Assembly: GCF_009914755.1 (NCBI RefSeq)
Contig: NC_060947.1
Source: the human T2T-CHM13v2.0 reference genome, Homo sapiens
Direction: 5' to 3' (one strand)
DNA: 64,000 bases
The notes below the pieces were generated by a model. It made no database searches. It saw nothing but the letters and a program-made list of their open reading frames with translations, and was not told the origin of the DNA. Position numbers and translations under genes: made by a program. Below are positions 1-14,050 of the stretch, piece after piece. Positions within the stretch are counted from its first letter, which is position 1. Each line of letters starts with the position of its first letter.

Positions 1-27
1 TACTGGCGTGAGCCACCGCACCCGGCC
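1..27 (-). mobile_element. Alu 5' end, cut by the window edge
   Basis: gcgtgagccaccgcacccggcc is the reverse complement of the Alu 5' terminus. Confidence 0.9.
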
Positions 28-289
28 TCATGATGGCTTATTTAAGCCAATCTGAAGCTTTAAATTATTGCCCCACTCATATTTCAAATTGTCTGTCCCC
101 TGAGGACACTGGTAGCATAGGTTGGAGCACTGTTAAGTGAAATGTCAGCAATTATTAGATGTGCTTAAAGGTTTCCCCTATTTTTTAAAATTAAGTGTGT
201 ATGTGTAGTGGGGAATGTCCAGGATGAAAGCTTGGCAACTCTCAAGATAGAAACAAACTGCTAGGCCCTATGTATCAAGGAGAAACTGT

Positions 290-520
290 AAAAGCTTGAG
301 TCACTTTGACAAGAGAGAAAAAGACTTAACCAGGGATATGATTAAGGCAGTTAAGATTGTAAAGCCTGCAAGAAATAATGGATCAGTTATTTCTTTTTAC
401 AGTGTCTCATAATCTGAGAAGGTCACTCAATGAAACAGCTTTTAAATTCAGAATAAATAGTAAAAAGGAAATTTGTCTTTCAGAGTCCCATTGCCACTGC
501 AAGAGGTCACTGGTTAAAAG
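290..520 (+). mobile_element. Ancient CR1/L3-type LINE ORF2 3' remnant
   Basis: Translation LFLFTVSHNLRRSLNETAFKFRINSKKEI and upstream gagagaaaaagacttaaccagggatatgatt resemble the CR1 ORF2 C-terminus (..EKRRLRGDMI..LFTxSHNTRTRGH..KL..RFRTN.RK). Confidence 0.5.
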
Positions 521-1289
521 CTGGAGTATAAAATGTTACCTTTATTGTTTTTTTTCCATTACAAAGGTAGTACATGCTATTACCAGAAAATTTGTAAAAG
601 TAAAAAGAAAGAAATGATGCAATAACTGTTTGTCTTTTGGTATCTTTTTATTTTCCATTTTTCCTTTATGTGTACATTTCTGTTATTTTTATTTTATTTT
701 GTAATATAGTTGTGATCATGCTGTAATTTTGAAGTCAGCCTTTTCCCTTAATGTATTACATGGTACAGTCGACTTTGATAAAAACGACCATATAAAGTTA
801 TGAATGCTATTAGTCTTTGCTGAGAAGCAACAGAAAAGGTCACATTATTTATTGAGTGTCTACTATGTGATAGCCACTATGCTAAATCTCATGCCTCTGT
901 GTATTATCAATGTCAAGAGTGAATTTACCTCTTCTTCTTTTGGGTATAAGACATAATTCATTCTGTAAATATTTACTGAACATCTACCAAGTACCACATA
1001 CCACATTAGGTACTGTAGAATATAACTGTCAACAAGACTAATACTATCCTGACATTTTAGAGATTAAGGTCTATCTTTTTGATTATTTATCACTCGTTAG
1101 TTATACAAACAACTATTGAGCCGTTCTAATGTGCAAAACACTGGACTTTCAGATTAGATCCTTGGAAATCATCTTCAGAAAGGAGAGGAACTACTTATAC
1201 TGACCATTAAATGCAAGAGAATGAATGAAACTTTCATGACTAGTTTGACTCTAACAGGCATGCATTAAGTTATACTATCAAGCTGATAG

Positions 1290-1640
1290 TAATAATGATA
1301 CTAATGCTAAAGCTAATAGCAAACACTTGAATAGCACTTACTATGTTCCAGGCACTACTCTAAGGGTTTTACAAATATTAACTGTTTGATCTTCACTGTA
1401 ACCCTATGAAATAATACAGCCATATTTCACCGAATTCAATATCCCATTGGTCGTATGGTGCATTCTGATTTCAGAACTGTTGAAACGTGGGTGGAAAAGT
1501 GTGTCTTACAATTGACCAAATATGTTACTATTATCCCTATTTTAAAGATGAAGAATAAAGAGAAAGAAAAAAGCATAAAGTGTCTGAGTCAATATTTGAA
1601 CCCAGTCAGTTTCATTTTACAGCTTTTACTCTTAACCGCT
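1290..1640 (-). mobile_element. MIR SINE split by a MER104 insertion
   Basis: agcacttactatgttccaggcact...accctatgaa, resuming as tactattatccctattttaaagatga after the insert. Confidence 0.7.
1420..1525. mobile_element. MER104-like Tc2/mariner non-autonomous DNA transposon
   Basis: Imperfect TIRs ccatatttcaccgaattc / caattgaccaaatatg; internal tgcattctgatttcagaactgttgaaacgtg matches the remembered MER104 layout. Confidence 0.6.
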
Positions 1641-1957
1641 ATCGATACCATTTTGATAAGGCAGTTTTTAGCCCAGAGGTGTTGAGAGAAAAATTTAGGT
1701 TATGTAAATCAACTTAGGATGGCCAAACGAAGAGGAATATACGAGAGAATAATCGTTGGCAATAGCAGATAGACTAGACAGTTATTGGCCTGGGCATTTC
1801 TTCTTAACGGGTAAGGCAGTGTGATGTGTGGCTTGGATGTCCAGAAACTGGGTTCCAGTCCCAGTATTATAACTATCTTTGTGACCTTGGTTATGTCATT
1901 TGATCGTTCTGCACCTATTTCATTATCTGTAAAATAAGGAAAGGGCTCGAATGATTC

Positions 1958-2031
1958 AATGTTTCTCAAACTATTTCGACTGCAACCCACAGAAGAAAAA
2001 CGTTTTACACTGTGATCTGGCGTGCGCGCGT

Positions 2032-2076
<45 letters not shown>

Positions 2077-2267
2077 TGTACACACATATCTAACAAATTA
2101 ACCACCGCCAAAACAACACTTAACCTTGCTTAGGTAATGCACTCTGATATTTTCTAATCTGTTCCATTCCATTCCATTCCATACCAGTCAAAAATTGTTG
2201 GTTGTAAGTCATTAAACTGATTTTAGGATTTGCTAATGAGCCACACCTCAGAGTTTGGAAACTACTG
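1958..2267. mobile_element. hAT-Charlie-type MER element containing a microsatellite
   Basis: TIR-like ends caatgtttctcaaact ... agtttggaaactactg. Confidence 0.5.
2020..2089. repeat. (CG/TG)n-(CA)n alternating purine-pyrimidine tract
   Basis: gcgtgcgcgcgtgcgtgcgcgcgcgc(ac)n gcatgtacacacatat, unbroken RY alternation of about 70 bp. Confidence 0.95.
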
Positions 2268-2911
2268 GTATAGATACTTTCTAAGCTTATCTCCAGTTAG
2301 GAAACTCCACAGCACAAGAGGGCTCCTGGGTGGGAGTGGGGCTGGGAACTTCAGTAAAGAGAGGGACTTGACCCTTTTGCCTCATAAATACTCATTTTCT
2401 TTTTAATTGGATCACGTTTCTACAACCTTTAGCAGAAATTTTTTGTCATTAAAGCATCTGGCAAATACCACATTAAGGCAAAGATTCACTGTGATCCATG
2501 GCATAAAGTTTAGTGTGAAATTAACTGGTGTGCCTGAAAAAGGCTTCCACAGTCACCTAAAACTGGAGAACTATAGACTCCTTATCCTCTTAGAGTCTCA
2601 GTGTATAATAAAAATTCCAAGAATTCTAACAAGAAATAAACTTGCTTATCTTTGAAACCTAGTGTTTTTCCAATCTTATTAATCAGTACTATTTTTTTCA
2701 AGGGACAGTTATCAAAACCTAATATAACATTAATGTTTTAAAGAACCTGGCTTGGAAAATATTCTTTTAAGGGACCTCTGGAACTTGTAAAATATTAAGA
2801 AAACCATGGATTCTTTTTACTGTTATAGAATGATTTCTCCCTTTACCCAAATATATAGTGATCTTTCTTGGTGAGAAAAGTAGAATTTAGAACAGAAGAC
2901 CAGAGAATTGA

Positions 2912-3285
<374 letters not shown>

Positions 3286-3733
3286 TGAATACTTTAGTAC
3301 TTTCTTAATCACAGACATATGAAGAGACTGACAATATACCTACCAATTATACATATATAACTATAAATTAGTATATAATTTAAATAATTTAAATGATAAT
3401 TTTATTGTAAATTATATACATATTTGAAGTCACACTATTAGAATTTCTCCTTTTTCTTGGTTTAAGTTGTAGAAGTCAATTAGGAGTAGCAGTGTATTAA
3501 AACTAGAAGTAAGGACAAGTTAGTGTCTATCAGCGGAGAAGGGTCATATTTCACAATGCTTTTCTCTTCTCATTTTCTCTTAGATCTAAGATAAAAGAAA
3601 AAATTTCTTTAACATGTAGAGATTGGGCCACCAGGAAGAAACAGTGAATTCTTTTTTTTAGTAAAAGGCTGCCTCTGTCTTCTGATAAACAACAGACAGC
3701 TGGTAATGTAATTTCCAAATAATTTCCAAAGGG

Positions 3734-3735
<2 letters not shown>

Positions 3736-3792
<57 letters not shown>

Positions 3793-3825
3793 TGCACACA
3801 CGTGCGAGACAGAGAGAGAGAGAGA
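3736..3825. repeat. (GT)n(GA)n compound microsatellite
   Basis: Directly visible. Confidence 0.95.
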
Positions 3826-4130
3826 ATAAGATAAACAGAGACAGTAAGCATGTTTACGCTGGCGGGTGCAATTAGTAGTTCCTCCTTATTTTTCTTTTCT
3901 TTGTAATTTCTAAGCTTTAGGAGCCACCCTATTATTATTTATAGTAACCTGAAAGCACATTACTAAACATGTATCAACTCAGGCCTGTCTAAAAAAAAGT
4001 ATCAATTCAAATTCATTTAATATGACCTTAGAGGAATATTTAAAACATATTTTTATTCATTGGTGGGGGGAAGCTGCTTTTATAGTAGCAAATACGTGAC
4101 TTCAGAGATGTCCTGCTTCAAATATGGTGA

Positions 4131-4305
4131 TTTTTTTTTTTTTTTTAAATTTAGGGTCAGGGTCTTGCTCTGTCACACAGATTGGAGTGCGGGGGGGGGT
4201 GGATTATGGATCACTGCAGCCTTGACCTCTTGGGCTCAAGTGATCCTCCTGCCTCAGTTTCCCAAAGAATTGGGATTATAGGCATGAGCCACACCATGCC
4301 TAGCT
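4131..4305 (-). mobile_element. FLAM/AluJ-type monomer
   Basis: Poly-T, then ggtcttgctctgtcac...gggctcaagtgatcctcctgcctcag...ggcatgagccac. Confidence 0.85.
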
Positions 4306-4601
4306 CAAATACGGTTTGGATGGCACACCCAATTTCTGGTGCAATTTTCTAGAGGTAAGTTTGGCAATACACTTGAAAAGGCTTACGAATGTAAACATTC
4401 TTTAACATGACAATTCCACCTTTAGGCATTTATCCTGTAGAAAGAATCTGAGATATTTGTAAAGGTATAAAAAGGATATTAGCCATAATGCTCGATATAA
4501 TAAAGATTGTGAAATAATCTTTATATTGAGCAATTTAGAATTGTGTTGGTAAATTTGGTACAGCCACAGAAGAGAGTATTAGCCAGTCATTAGAAAAATT
4601 A

Positions 4602-4998
<397 letters not shown>

Positions 4999-6319
4999 AT
5001 AGAACCTTGATACACACACACACACACACACGCAACCACAAGAGAAATACAGAAAGTATATAAACCAAATTTCTGATAGTGATTATCTCTGAGTCATAGG
5101 ATTATGGATACTTTTTCTTTTCTTGTTTGTACTGTGGGCTTTCCAAATTTTTCTTGATGTGTATAGAGTACCTTTGTAATTTTAAAAAGTACAATGTAAA
5201 GAAACAATCCATCCTTAGTCTCACCGTCCTATTTCTTAAATATCCCTTAAACCAAGTTGGTATTTTCTTTATACCTGCAAGCAAAGCTTTTAAGCGTATA
5301 TTGATATTCCACATGGGCATCCAAGAGACTGATGACTTCCGGGGCTGGCTCCATTCAGGCAGGTAGATCAGTCTCTTTATGAATACCTGTGTCTAACAGG
5401 CCTGACCTTTCTGGAAGTGGGCACTGATGTGATATGGTTTGAAAGGTGTGAGAATGCTCCCCTTGGCCCCTCAAAGTTCCTTCCTCACAGCTCAGAGCTT
5501 ATGGCCGATGTTCTACCACCTCAGGCTTATGGATTTTCACACTAATAAAATGCAAATAACCCAGGAGAAGTACACATTAAACTTTACCTATCACTTGGGT
5601 TAAATGAGTATATCATTTTCTGAAAATAGGTTTTAATGGGTAAGACATGGGAATTCAGAGGGGGAGTCAGGGAGAAGAAAATATGAATGAATATACCTGG
5701 TGTCTGAGGAGTAATTAATATTCATAATAGTACTATTTTTTATTTATGGTTTATGAGTCGCTTAGGAGTATGTTATCACATTTAATCTCAATTAAATCGA
5801 ATAGAATGGCTGTCACCAAGGCAAGTTAAGTAGACCAGAGATTTGGAAAGATGCAGAAGACGAAATCTGTAGCCTTTATCATTTTTCTAGAGCCGTTCCT
5901 AAAAGCCACGATCCCACTCATTTAGATAAACTGCTTTAACTTATCCCTTTTTCTTGGCAACTCCAAAGCATTGTGAAACTGTGTCCAAATAACTAGACCA
6001 CATGCGGATAATAAAGTTAGAGCCAGTCCAGAAAATAAGATACTTCTTCTTAATCTATTATCGATGTATGACAAAAACACAGGACCAACACCTTCCAGGA
6101 AATTTTGTTCAAAAAGACAACAGCCAACTGGAGACACACATGACAACATCTACTCAAATACTTTAAAGTATTTGTGAGCGTGGATCTTTTTATTAACCCG
6201 TGGAGAATGGAAAAGAAAGGAAATGATCAGAAAATGGCAATGAAAGAATATGGCAGAAGAATGGAGATCATACAGAATTACTTCCTCTCTATAAAATATA
6301 TAAATTAAGTAAAATTACA

Positions 6320-6520
6320 GTGCGATGCTTAAAAACACAGACTCTGGAGCCAACTTCTTGAGTTTCAATCCTGGCTCCCTCATCTACTAGCTGTATGAAT
6401 GTGTGCCTCAGTTTCTTCATCATTGAAATGGGTATAATAATGGTACCTACCTTAAGGGATTGAAGGGATTGCTATAAGGATTAAACTAGTTAAAATCTGT
6501 AACATTTCTAGGCACAAAGT
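6320..6520 (+). mobile_element. MIR
   Basis: cagactctggagcc...gagtttcaatcctggctcc...tgcctcagtttcttcat...aaatgggtataataat core. Confidence 0.75.
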
Positions 6521-6862
6521 AATTGCGTTAAAATGATGGATAAACCCTCATATATACTCATATATGACCACAAGGAAATACATCAGAATGCTAACAGATG
6601 TTAACTCCATGTGGTAAAGTATGGCTTTTTAAATACCAAAAAACTCAACACATATACTTTTATAATCAAATAAAAAGTGGTATAAATTAACATTAATCAG
6701 AGGAAAACAGGTGCTTGCCAATTTAATATGCAATATTGTATAAATAGGATTTTCTAATACTTAAACTTTCAGTTAACCAAGGTTATTTCTCTTAGTATTA
6801 ATTATAAAAACATAATTAATAAAATAGCAAAACCAGTAAATAAAAAGAATGGCTAGAGGTCA

Positions 6863-7195
<333 letters not shown>

Positions 7196-7257
7196 AGGAT
7201 GCAAACAGTTAGGGAAAGGAAATGCCCATAGGCTGAGGTTTCAACTTGGAGGCATAG

Positions 7258-8190
7258 TATTTATTTATTATTGATATATAATATTTTACATATTTATGAG
7301 GTAATGTGATATTTTACTGGCATAGAATGCATAATGATCAAGTCAGGGTATTTGAGGCATCCATTACTTTGAGTATTTGTCATTTGTCTATGTATTGGGA
7401 ACAATTCAAGCCCTTTCTTCTTGGTACTTTGAAATATACAACACATCGTTGTTAACTACAGTCACTCTATTCTGCTGTCAAATGATATAACGTAGTCCTT
7501 CTATCTAACTGGATGTTTGTACCCATTAACCACCCTCTCTTTATCTCCCCCTCTACCCACACACCTTTCCCAGCCACTAGTATCTATCATTCTATTCTAT
7601 GTTTATTATCAATTTTTTTAGCTCCCACAAGAGTAAGAACATGCGATTTTTGTCTTTCTGTGCCAGGGTTATTTCACTTAACATAATGACCTCCAGTTCC
7701 ATCCATGTTGCTGTGAATGACATGGTTTCATTCTTGCAGTGTTTCATTGTGTACAGATACCACATATTCTTTATCCATTCATCTGTTGATATACACTTAG
7801 GTTGATTTCACATCTTTGCTGTTTTAAACAGTGCTGTGATAAGCATGCAAGTGCAGGTACCCTTTTGATATACTGATTTCTTAGCTTTGGGATGGATAAC
7901 CAGTAGTGGGATTGCCAGATGGTAAGGTAGTTCTATTTACAGTTTGTTGAGAATCTTCATACTGTTACTAATTTACTGTTACATTTTCATCAACACTGTA
8001 AAAGAGTTCCCTTTCTTCACATTCTCACCAGAATCTGTTATTTTTTGTCTTTTGAATAATAGCCATTCTAATTGGGGTAAGACGATATATCATGTGGTCT
8101 TGATTTGCATTTCCCTGGTGATTAGTGATGTTGAGCATTTTTTCATATACCTGTTGGCCATTTGTATGCCTTCTTTTGAGAATTGTCACT
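7258..8190 (-). mobile_element. L1MA-type LINE-1 3' fragment
   Basis: cataatgatcaagtcagggtatttgaggcatccat 3'UTR signature; tgatttgcatttccctggtgattagtgatgttgagcattttttcata is the antisense ORF2 end. Confidence 0.85.
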
Positions 8191-8343
8191 CATTTCATAA
8201 GGCAGGGATCATTTAATGAATTATTTAAAGAATTATAGAGTCACAGTAACATATATTGGATGATCATATTATAATTACATGATATCATAATTATTAGCTT
8301 TATGAACTGAACTGATAGGCAGAAATTAAAAACTCAAAAGTAT

Positions 8344-8432
8344 GTTTTTGCTTCAGCAGCCCATATACTAACATTGGAATAATGATACAGAGAATACTAG
8401 CATGGCTCCTGAGCAAAGTGTTCCACATTTTT
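8344..8432 (+). pseudogene. U6 snRNA retrocopy (RNU6-type pseudogene) with about 20 nt internal deletion
   Basis: gcttcagcagcccatatactaacattggaa..gatacagagaa..tagcatggctcctgagcaa|agtgttccacattttt aligns to U6; TSD aaaactcaaaagtat (8329-8343) / aagactcaaaaatat (8437-8451). Confidence 0.9.
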
Positions 8433-9302
8433 CAAAAAGACTCAAAAATATTAATATGGTTAACATTTGAGAATATAGTGCAGGAAACAATTATGCATTA
8501 GCTGAAGACTGGACAAAATGATCCAATTGGCCTTCCTCTTCCTAACCTTCTCAACTTATCAACCAAGTTATATTTCAGGATGATTTATGCTTCTACTGCA
8601 TCTGATAAAAGATTACTATAATTCAACTCTTAATTCTTTTGTTTTTTCAACTGTTATTCTTATTAATCAAGATGCAATAAAGTTAAGTGATAAAAGCTGA
8701 AAATGACTTACTGGAAAGAAAGTGCTGAGATGCTGGACCAAAGTCCCTGTGGGCTTCATGCAGCTGCCTGACTCGGTCCTCGACGGCCACCTGGGAGGAA
8801 AAGGAGAGAAATGATGTTCTCTCATTCTATATAATGAGGAACAATTAAAACAATGTATCCTTTCTGATAAGATACTTTGAGTCTCCAAGACTGAGAACAC
8901 TAAAGCAACATTTCATAACTCTAGTTTTAATATTCACTTACCGTATATAGTATTCCAGACTCGTTTTTATCAATCCAAGGCCAAACACAAAGGATTTCCT
9001 CTCTCGACAATGTTAAAATGAGATTTTGGTTTTTTTTTACAGTCAACTCATTGGCAGCCACAAATGAACTACTGCTTCAATTAGTACCATAAAAAAATAC
9101 AAATCTTTACTTTCACAAAAACATTAGGGAGGGTGACATTTGGTATAGGTGACTACAGAATCTCAGAAATGACATGTCTTGTCTTTAAGTCTTAGGCTAT
9201 TGTTTTTGACAAATTTTTAAAGAAGCAATATTGATTAATAGATAATAAATCATTGAGTGATATTTAATTATTGATAATTATTAATTAACCAGTGGTTGAT
9301 TA

Positions 9303-9588
<286 letters not shown>

Positions 9589-10479
9589 ATTAAGTATCAA
9601 AGAAGTACAGGCAAGGCTTAAATTTGGGATAAAATAGGGTGGGTAGTAAGATAAAACTAATTTTCGGAATTCAGTTTTCAGTGGACTTGGAAATTATTAA
9701 GAAATATACCTTTAGGGGGCATGCAGTGAAAACTGCCATTCTTTTCTTCCTATTAGGTTTTTCTATAATATATTGACACAGTGTGCTGTCAACTTAGTGA
9801 GTTCTATTCTTGGTGGGGAAGAAAGGAATAATTTTACGGGTGACATGCTATACTTACTTATTTGGCATTTTGCCAATCCAATATAAGTGGTGGCTCCAGG
9901 CATCCTAGCTCTCTAACTCTGGATTTTGATTTAGTTGTGAACAGTCCATGCTAAACTAGGGGTTGATCAGAGCTTGCACAGAGCAATCAGAACTCAGGGG
10001 GTAGTTCCCGTGGTGTGCAGAATTCCCGAGAGGTAAAAATCGATGTTAATCTCATCAGAAAAGTGGCTCAGGTAGCCTGGTCTCAAACCAACTCTGGCCT
10101 TCCAATATCAATTAAGTGCCTAGTGTATATCCAGAACAATCTCATTTTTTCACTCTCTCCCTAGACTTGCCCATTTTTGCTTGGCCCAAATACGTGGATA
10201 ACCAAGTGGGGTTCCCCTACAATGCAGGATTTACTTTATTTTATATACACAAAAGCATGAGGGACATATCAAACCTACCTTCCCAACCTTATGACCCTGC
10301 ACTCCCAAACTCTACCTGCTAAGCCCACCAAAACTACCTGCCTGTCCTGCACTATTCCATCCAATATAACTCTTGTGCGTGGCTTCTTCATGCTGCTCCT
10401 TCTCTCGGCAATGCTCTTACCCCACTTCTCTCCCAGATCAATGCTGTTAGTGTTTATATGTTTACTTCCTCATCTCCCA

Positions 10480-10740
10480 GGTTAGAATTAATGGCTTCCT
10501 CAGCATTCTAACAGTATATGGTTTATACCTGAAGCACTTCTATCATATAATTCATTTTAGTTATATGGACATGAGTGTGTCTTGCAATAGATTGGAAACT
10601 TCTTGATAGCAGGGACCATTTTTTGTTTACCTTTCTCTTCGAATGTCTCCAACCCTTTCTGCAGGAGGCACATAGTATATGGTAGCAAATATTTGTTTAA
10701 TGACTAGTTGACCAAACAAATGGATGAGTAAATGAGTAAA
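10480..10740 (+). mobile_element. L2 LINE 3' fragment
   Basis: agattggaaacttcttgatagcagggacc...ggcacatagta...aaatatttgtttaatga L2 tail motifs. Confidence 0.6.
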
Positions 10741-10746
10741 TGTGGT

Positions 10747-10748
<2 letters not shown>

Positions 10749-10813
<65 letters not shown>

Positions 10814-10822
10814 GAGAAGAGA
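10749..10822. repeat. (GT)n(GA)n microsatellite
   Basis: Directly visible. Confidence 0.95.
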
Positions 10823-10878
10823 AGCGATGCGGAACAAACAAGTATGCCTACTGACACTGAGTGCACTGACTGCAGGTC

Positions 10879-11397
10879 TGTAATGGTTAATTCTATGTGT
10901 CAAGTTGACTGGACTATGGGGTGCCCAGGTAAACCACTATTTCTGGGTGTGTCTGTGAGGGTGTTTTGCAGACAAGATTAGCATTTGGTTCAGTGGATTC
11001 AGTAGATTGCCCTCCCCAATGTGGGCGGGCATCATCCTGTCAGTTGAGGTCCTAAACAGAACAAAAAGGCATGTTCCTTTTTTCCCTGCAGGCCTGCTTG
11101 AGCTGGGATGTCAGTCTTCTCCTGCACTTGCACTGGGATTTACATCATCAACTCCCCTGGTTCTCAGGCCTTCAGACTGGGACTGAAATCACACTACCAA
11201 TTTTCCTGGCTCTCTAGCTTGCAGATAGCAGGTCATGGGACTTCTTAGTCTCCAACTGCATGAGATAATACTTAATTTTATATATTCACACACACATAGA
11301 CATACATATATACACACACACACACACACACATATACATACATACATACATATGTATATTGTTGCTTCTATTTCTCTGGAGAACCTTGACTAATCAA
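10879..11397 (+). mobile_element. MLT2 (ERVL) solo LTR
   Basis: tgtaatggttaattctatgtgtcaagttgactgg start, internal (CA/TA)n, tttctctggagaaccttgactaat end. Confidence 0.85.
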
Positions 11398-11537
11398 TGT
11401 CCCTGGGTAAATTATTCTTAACTTTCCTTATCAGTAAAATGTGGAAAATAATATAACTTATAGGGTTTTGTGGGAATTAAATAAGATGATACAATGTAAA
11501 GCATTTAGCCTAGTTTCTGTCACGTGGTAATTGCTCA

Positions 11538-11915
<378 letters not shown>

Positions 11916-11949
11916 CTATAATGTGCAGGGCACCACATACAATACAAAA

Positions 11950-12180
11950 ATGGCTAATGTTTATTAAGCAATATGTGGCATGACAATATGAATTATGTTA
12001 TTTCATCTTCACAGTAACTCTGCAATAGGAGTTAATATTATTCCCCCCGACTTCATTGACATAAAAACTGAGGCATGAGAGGTTAAAAAAAAAAAACTTG
12101 CCTAAGCTTCAGTAGTTAGTAAATTGGCAGAGCTAGGATTCAAACTCATTCAGTCTGGGTCTTGCTCTTAACTGCTATCC
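11950..12180 (-). mobile_element. MIR
   Basis: aaaactgaggcatgagaggttaa..cttgcctaag..ggcagagctaggattcaaactc. Confidence 0.75.
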
Positions 12181-13199
12181 TGAAGATTAAAGTTGAAAAA
12201 AAGTATTTTATAAATATTTAATAAGTAATTGGCTTTTTAATTTCTTTAATCAGTTTATTGAATGCAGACCAATTCTAGTGTGCATATCGATGAAACTGCA
12301 GTTGTTCAACGTATTTTATGGCCCAATGCAAGGTCAATTCCTGGTCTTGAAGAATGTGATACCATAAGATTATAGAGAAAGGTTGTGGGAAAACGCGTGC
12401 AAATAAATGTTGGGCATATGTCATTATTTCTAAATTTAGAATGGGTCATTTCATGAATAAATCAATCTAGAGATAAATGTGAGTGTTTGGGGGTAGAGAG
12501 GAGAAGATGAAGATGCCATATGGGAGTGGACACTGATCAGAAATCTTTGCACATACTGAGAAAGAAATCCCAAGGGGAAGATGTAGATGGTAAAGGATTA
12601 TGACTGTGCCATAGGCCACTTTCTCTAGTAAGAATGTTAGTTTCATAGGGACTGAGCCGATGCAGCATCAAAGTTCATTCTAGACTCCCAATCTTCTCTC
12701 TGAAGAATTTTGCCTTCTTATACAAGGAGCGCTCCAGTGGTAGTTTCCAGTGTACATTCAATATTGTCAAGATTTTAAAATGAGATCAAAGTGAATTTCC
12801 ATCTTCATAACTCAAACTTAAGAGAAGGTATGACAGCGAGAAGAATTAAGCATAAAATATTTCTTTCCACAAATTATCACTGGAGAAAGGTTTTGTGTGG
12901 ATTGAATGCACAACTGGCTAAATAAAGAAACAAATTTATGAATGAGAAAAACTTGAAAGCAACCAAAGTCCTCGAAAGCTTTAGCTTGGGACTTAGGAAC
13001 AAAGCACTTTATTCTTTGAGCAATTATGCAAGGAAATGAAATTTGATAATCTATTAAACGAGAGCCTCCATGCATTAGATCTTTCTAACTGGCTGTATGT
13101 TAAATCAATATACCGTGGTATATACAAAACAGGAAGCAAAAGCCAGAAATGATATACCTGTGTCTTATGTTCTGGCACAATCAGTTCTTTCCTTGGTGG

Positions 13200-14050
13200 T
13201 TTATTCATTTTATAAGTATTTGTTAATATTGAAAGAGATAGGCAAAAAACAAATGCTATAGTCCCTGATCTCTGCAAGTGTAAAGGTTTGGAGGTAAGAA
13301 GTAGTGACAAGCTGAAGAAAGGCTTGGGGCTGCAGAACAGTGGTGTTGAGGACGACAGTGAGATACAATTAGTTAGTCATGTTGAAAGCCGATGATGCAA
13401 AGCAAGGCGTCCCAGACTCTGAGGCTCAAGATTTACCCTGCAGGCAAAGAGAACCACTGAAAATTTCTGTGACATGACTCACTATTTTAGAGGAAAGTTA
13501 GGGTTTGGGAAGATCAGTATAGTGTAAAACAGATTCGAAAGGGCACCTGAGACTGAGATCAGAAAGAGGCTGTTGTAACTTACTAGACTTGGGTTGATAT
13601 GCATTAGAATTAAGGCTGTATTGTATTCAATGTAAAAGAAGGTACATATGAGAAGGTATTTTGAAAGGAGGAAGAACTATCCAATTTGGTGTTGGAGATT
13701 AATATCTGAAGAAGCAAATAAACTCTTGGATTTCGAGTAAGGAAGACTGGGAGAATGAAGATATTGCTGGTGGCAATATGAAAATCAGAAAAGGAAGAAA
13801 TAGCATATGTATGTATGAATTCATTTGGAACATAATGAATTTGTCCTAACAGTGAAACATTTAACTGGAGATGTCATGTATAGCCAGTTAGAGATGAACA
13901 ATTTGTCTCAGCAATTAAAGAAAGGAAAGGGAAGTGAGACTAAAAGGGGTAAGAGTGAGCTTTGGAAGGTGAGCCAAGAAAGAAGAGATAAAGGAGTTTA
14001 AATAGAATGATTTAAACAGCCAGGAGGAACCCAATCTCTTCTGAATTAAT
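13200..14050 (-). mobile_element. Degenerate L2 body
   Basis: Purine-rich antisense L2 motifs (gagaaccactgaaaatttc, ggaagactgggagaatgaagatattgct, tggagatgtca..tagccagttagagat). Confidence 0.5.

Noticed and set aside
2162-2182. (CATTC)4 as satellite III
   Set aside because: Only four units inside a DNA-transposon relic; a simple microsatellite.
5323-5377. C/D box snoRNA (TGATGA inside a terminal stem)
   Set aside because: No CTGA D box before the 3' stem on the strand that carries the C-box-like motif.
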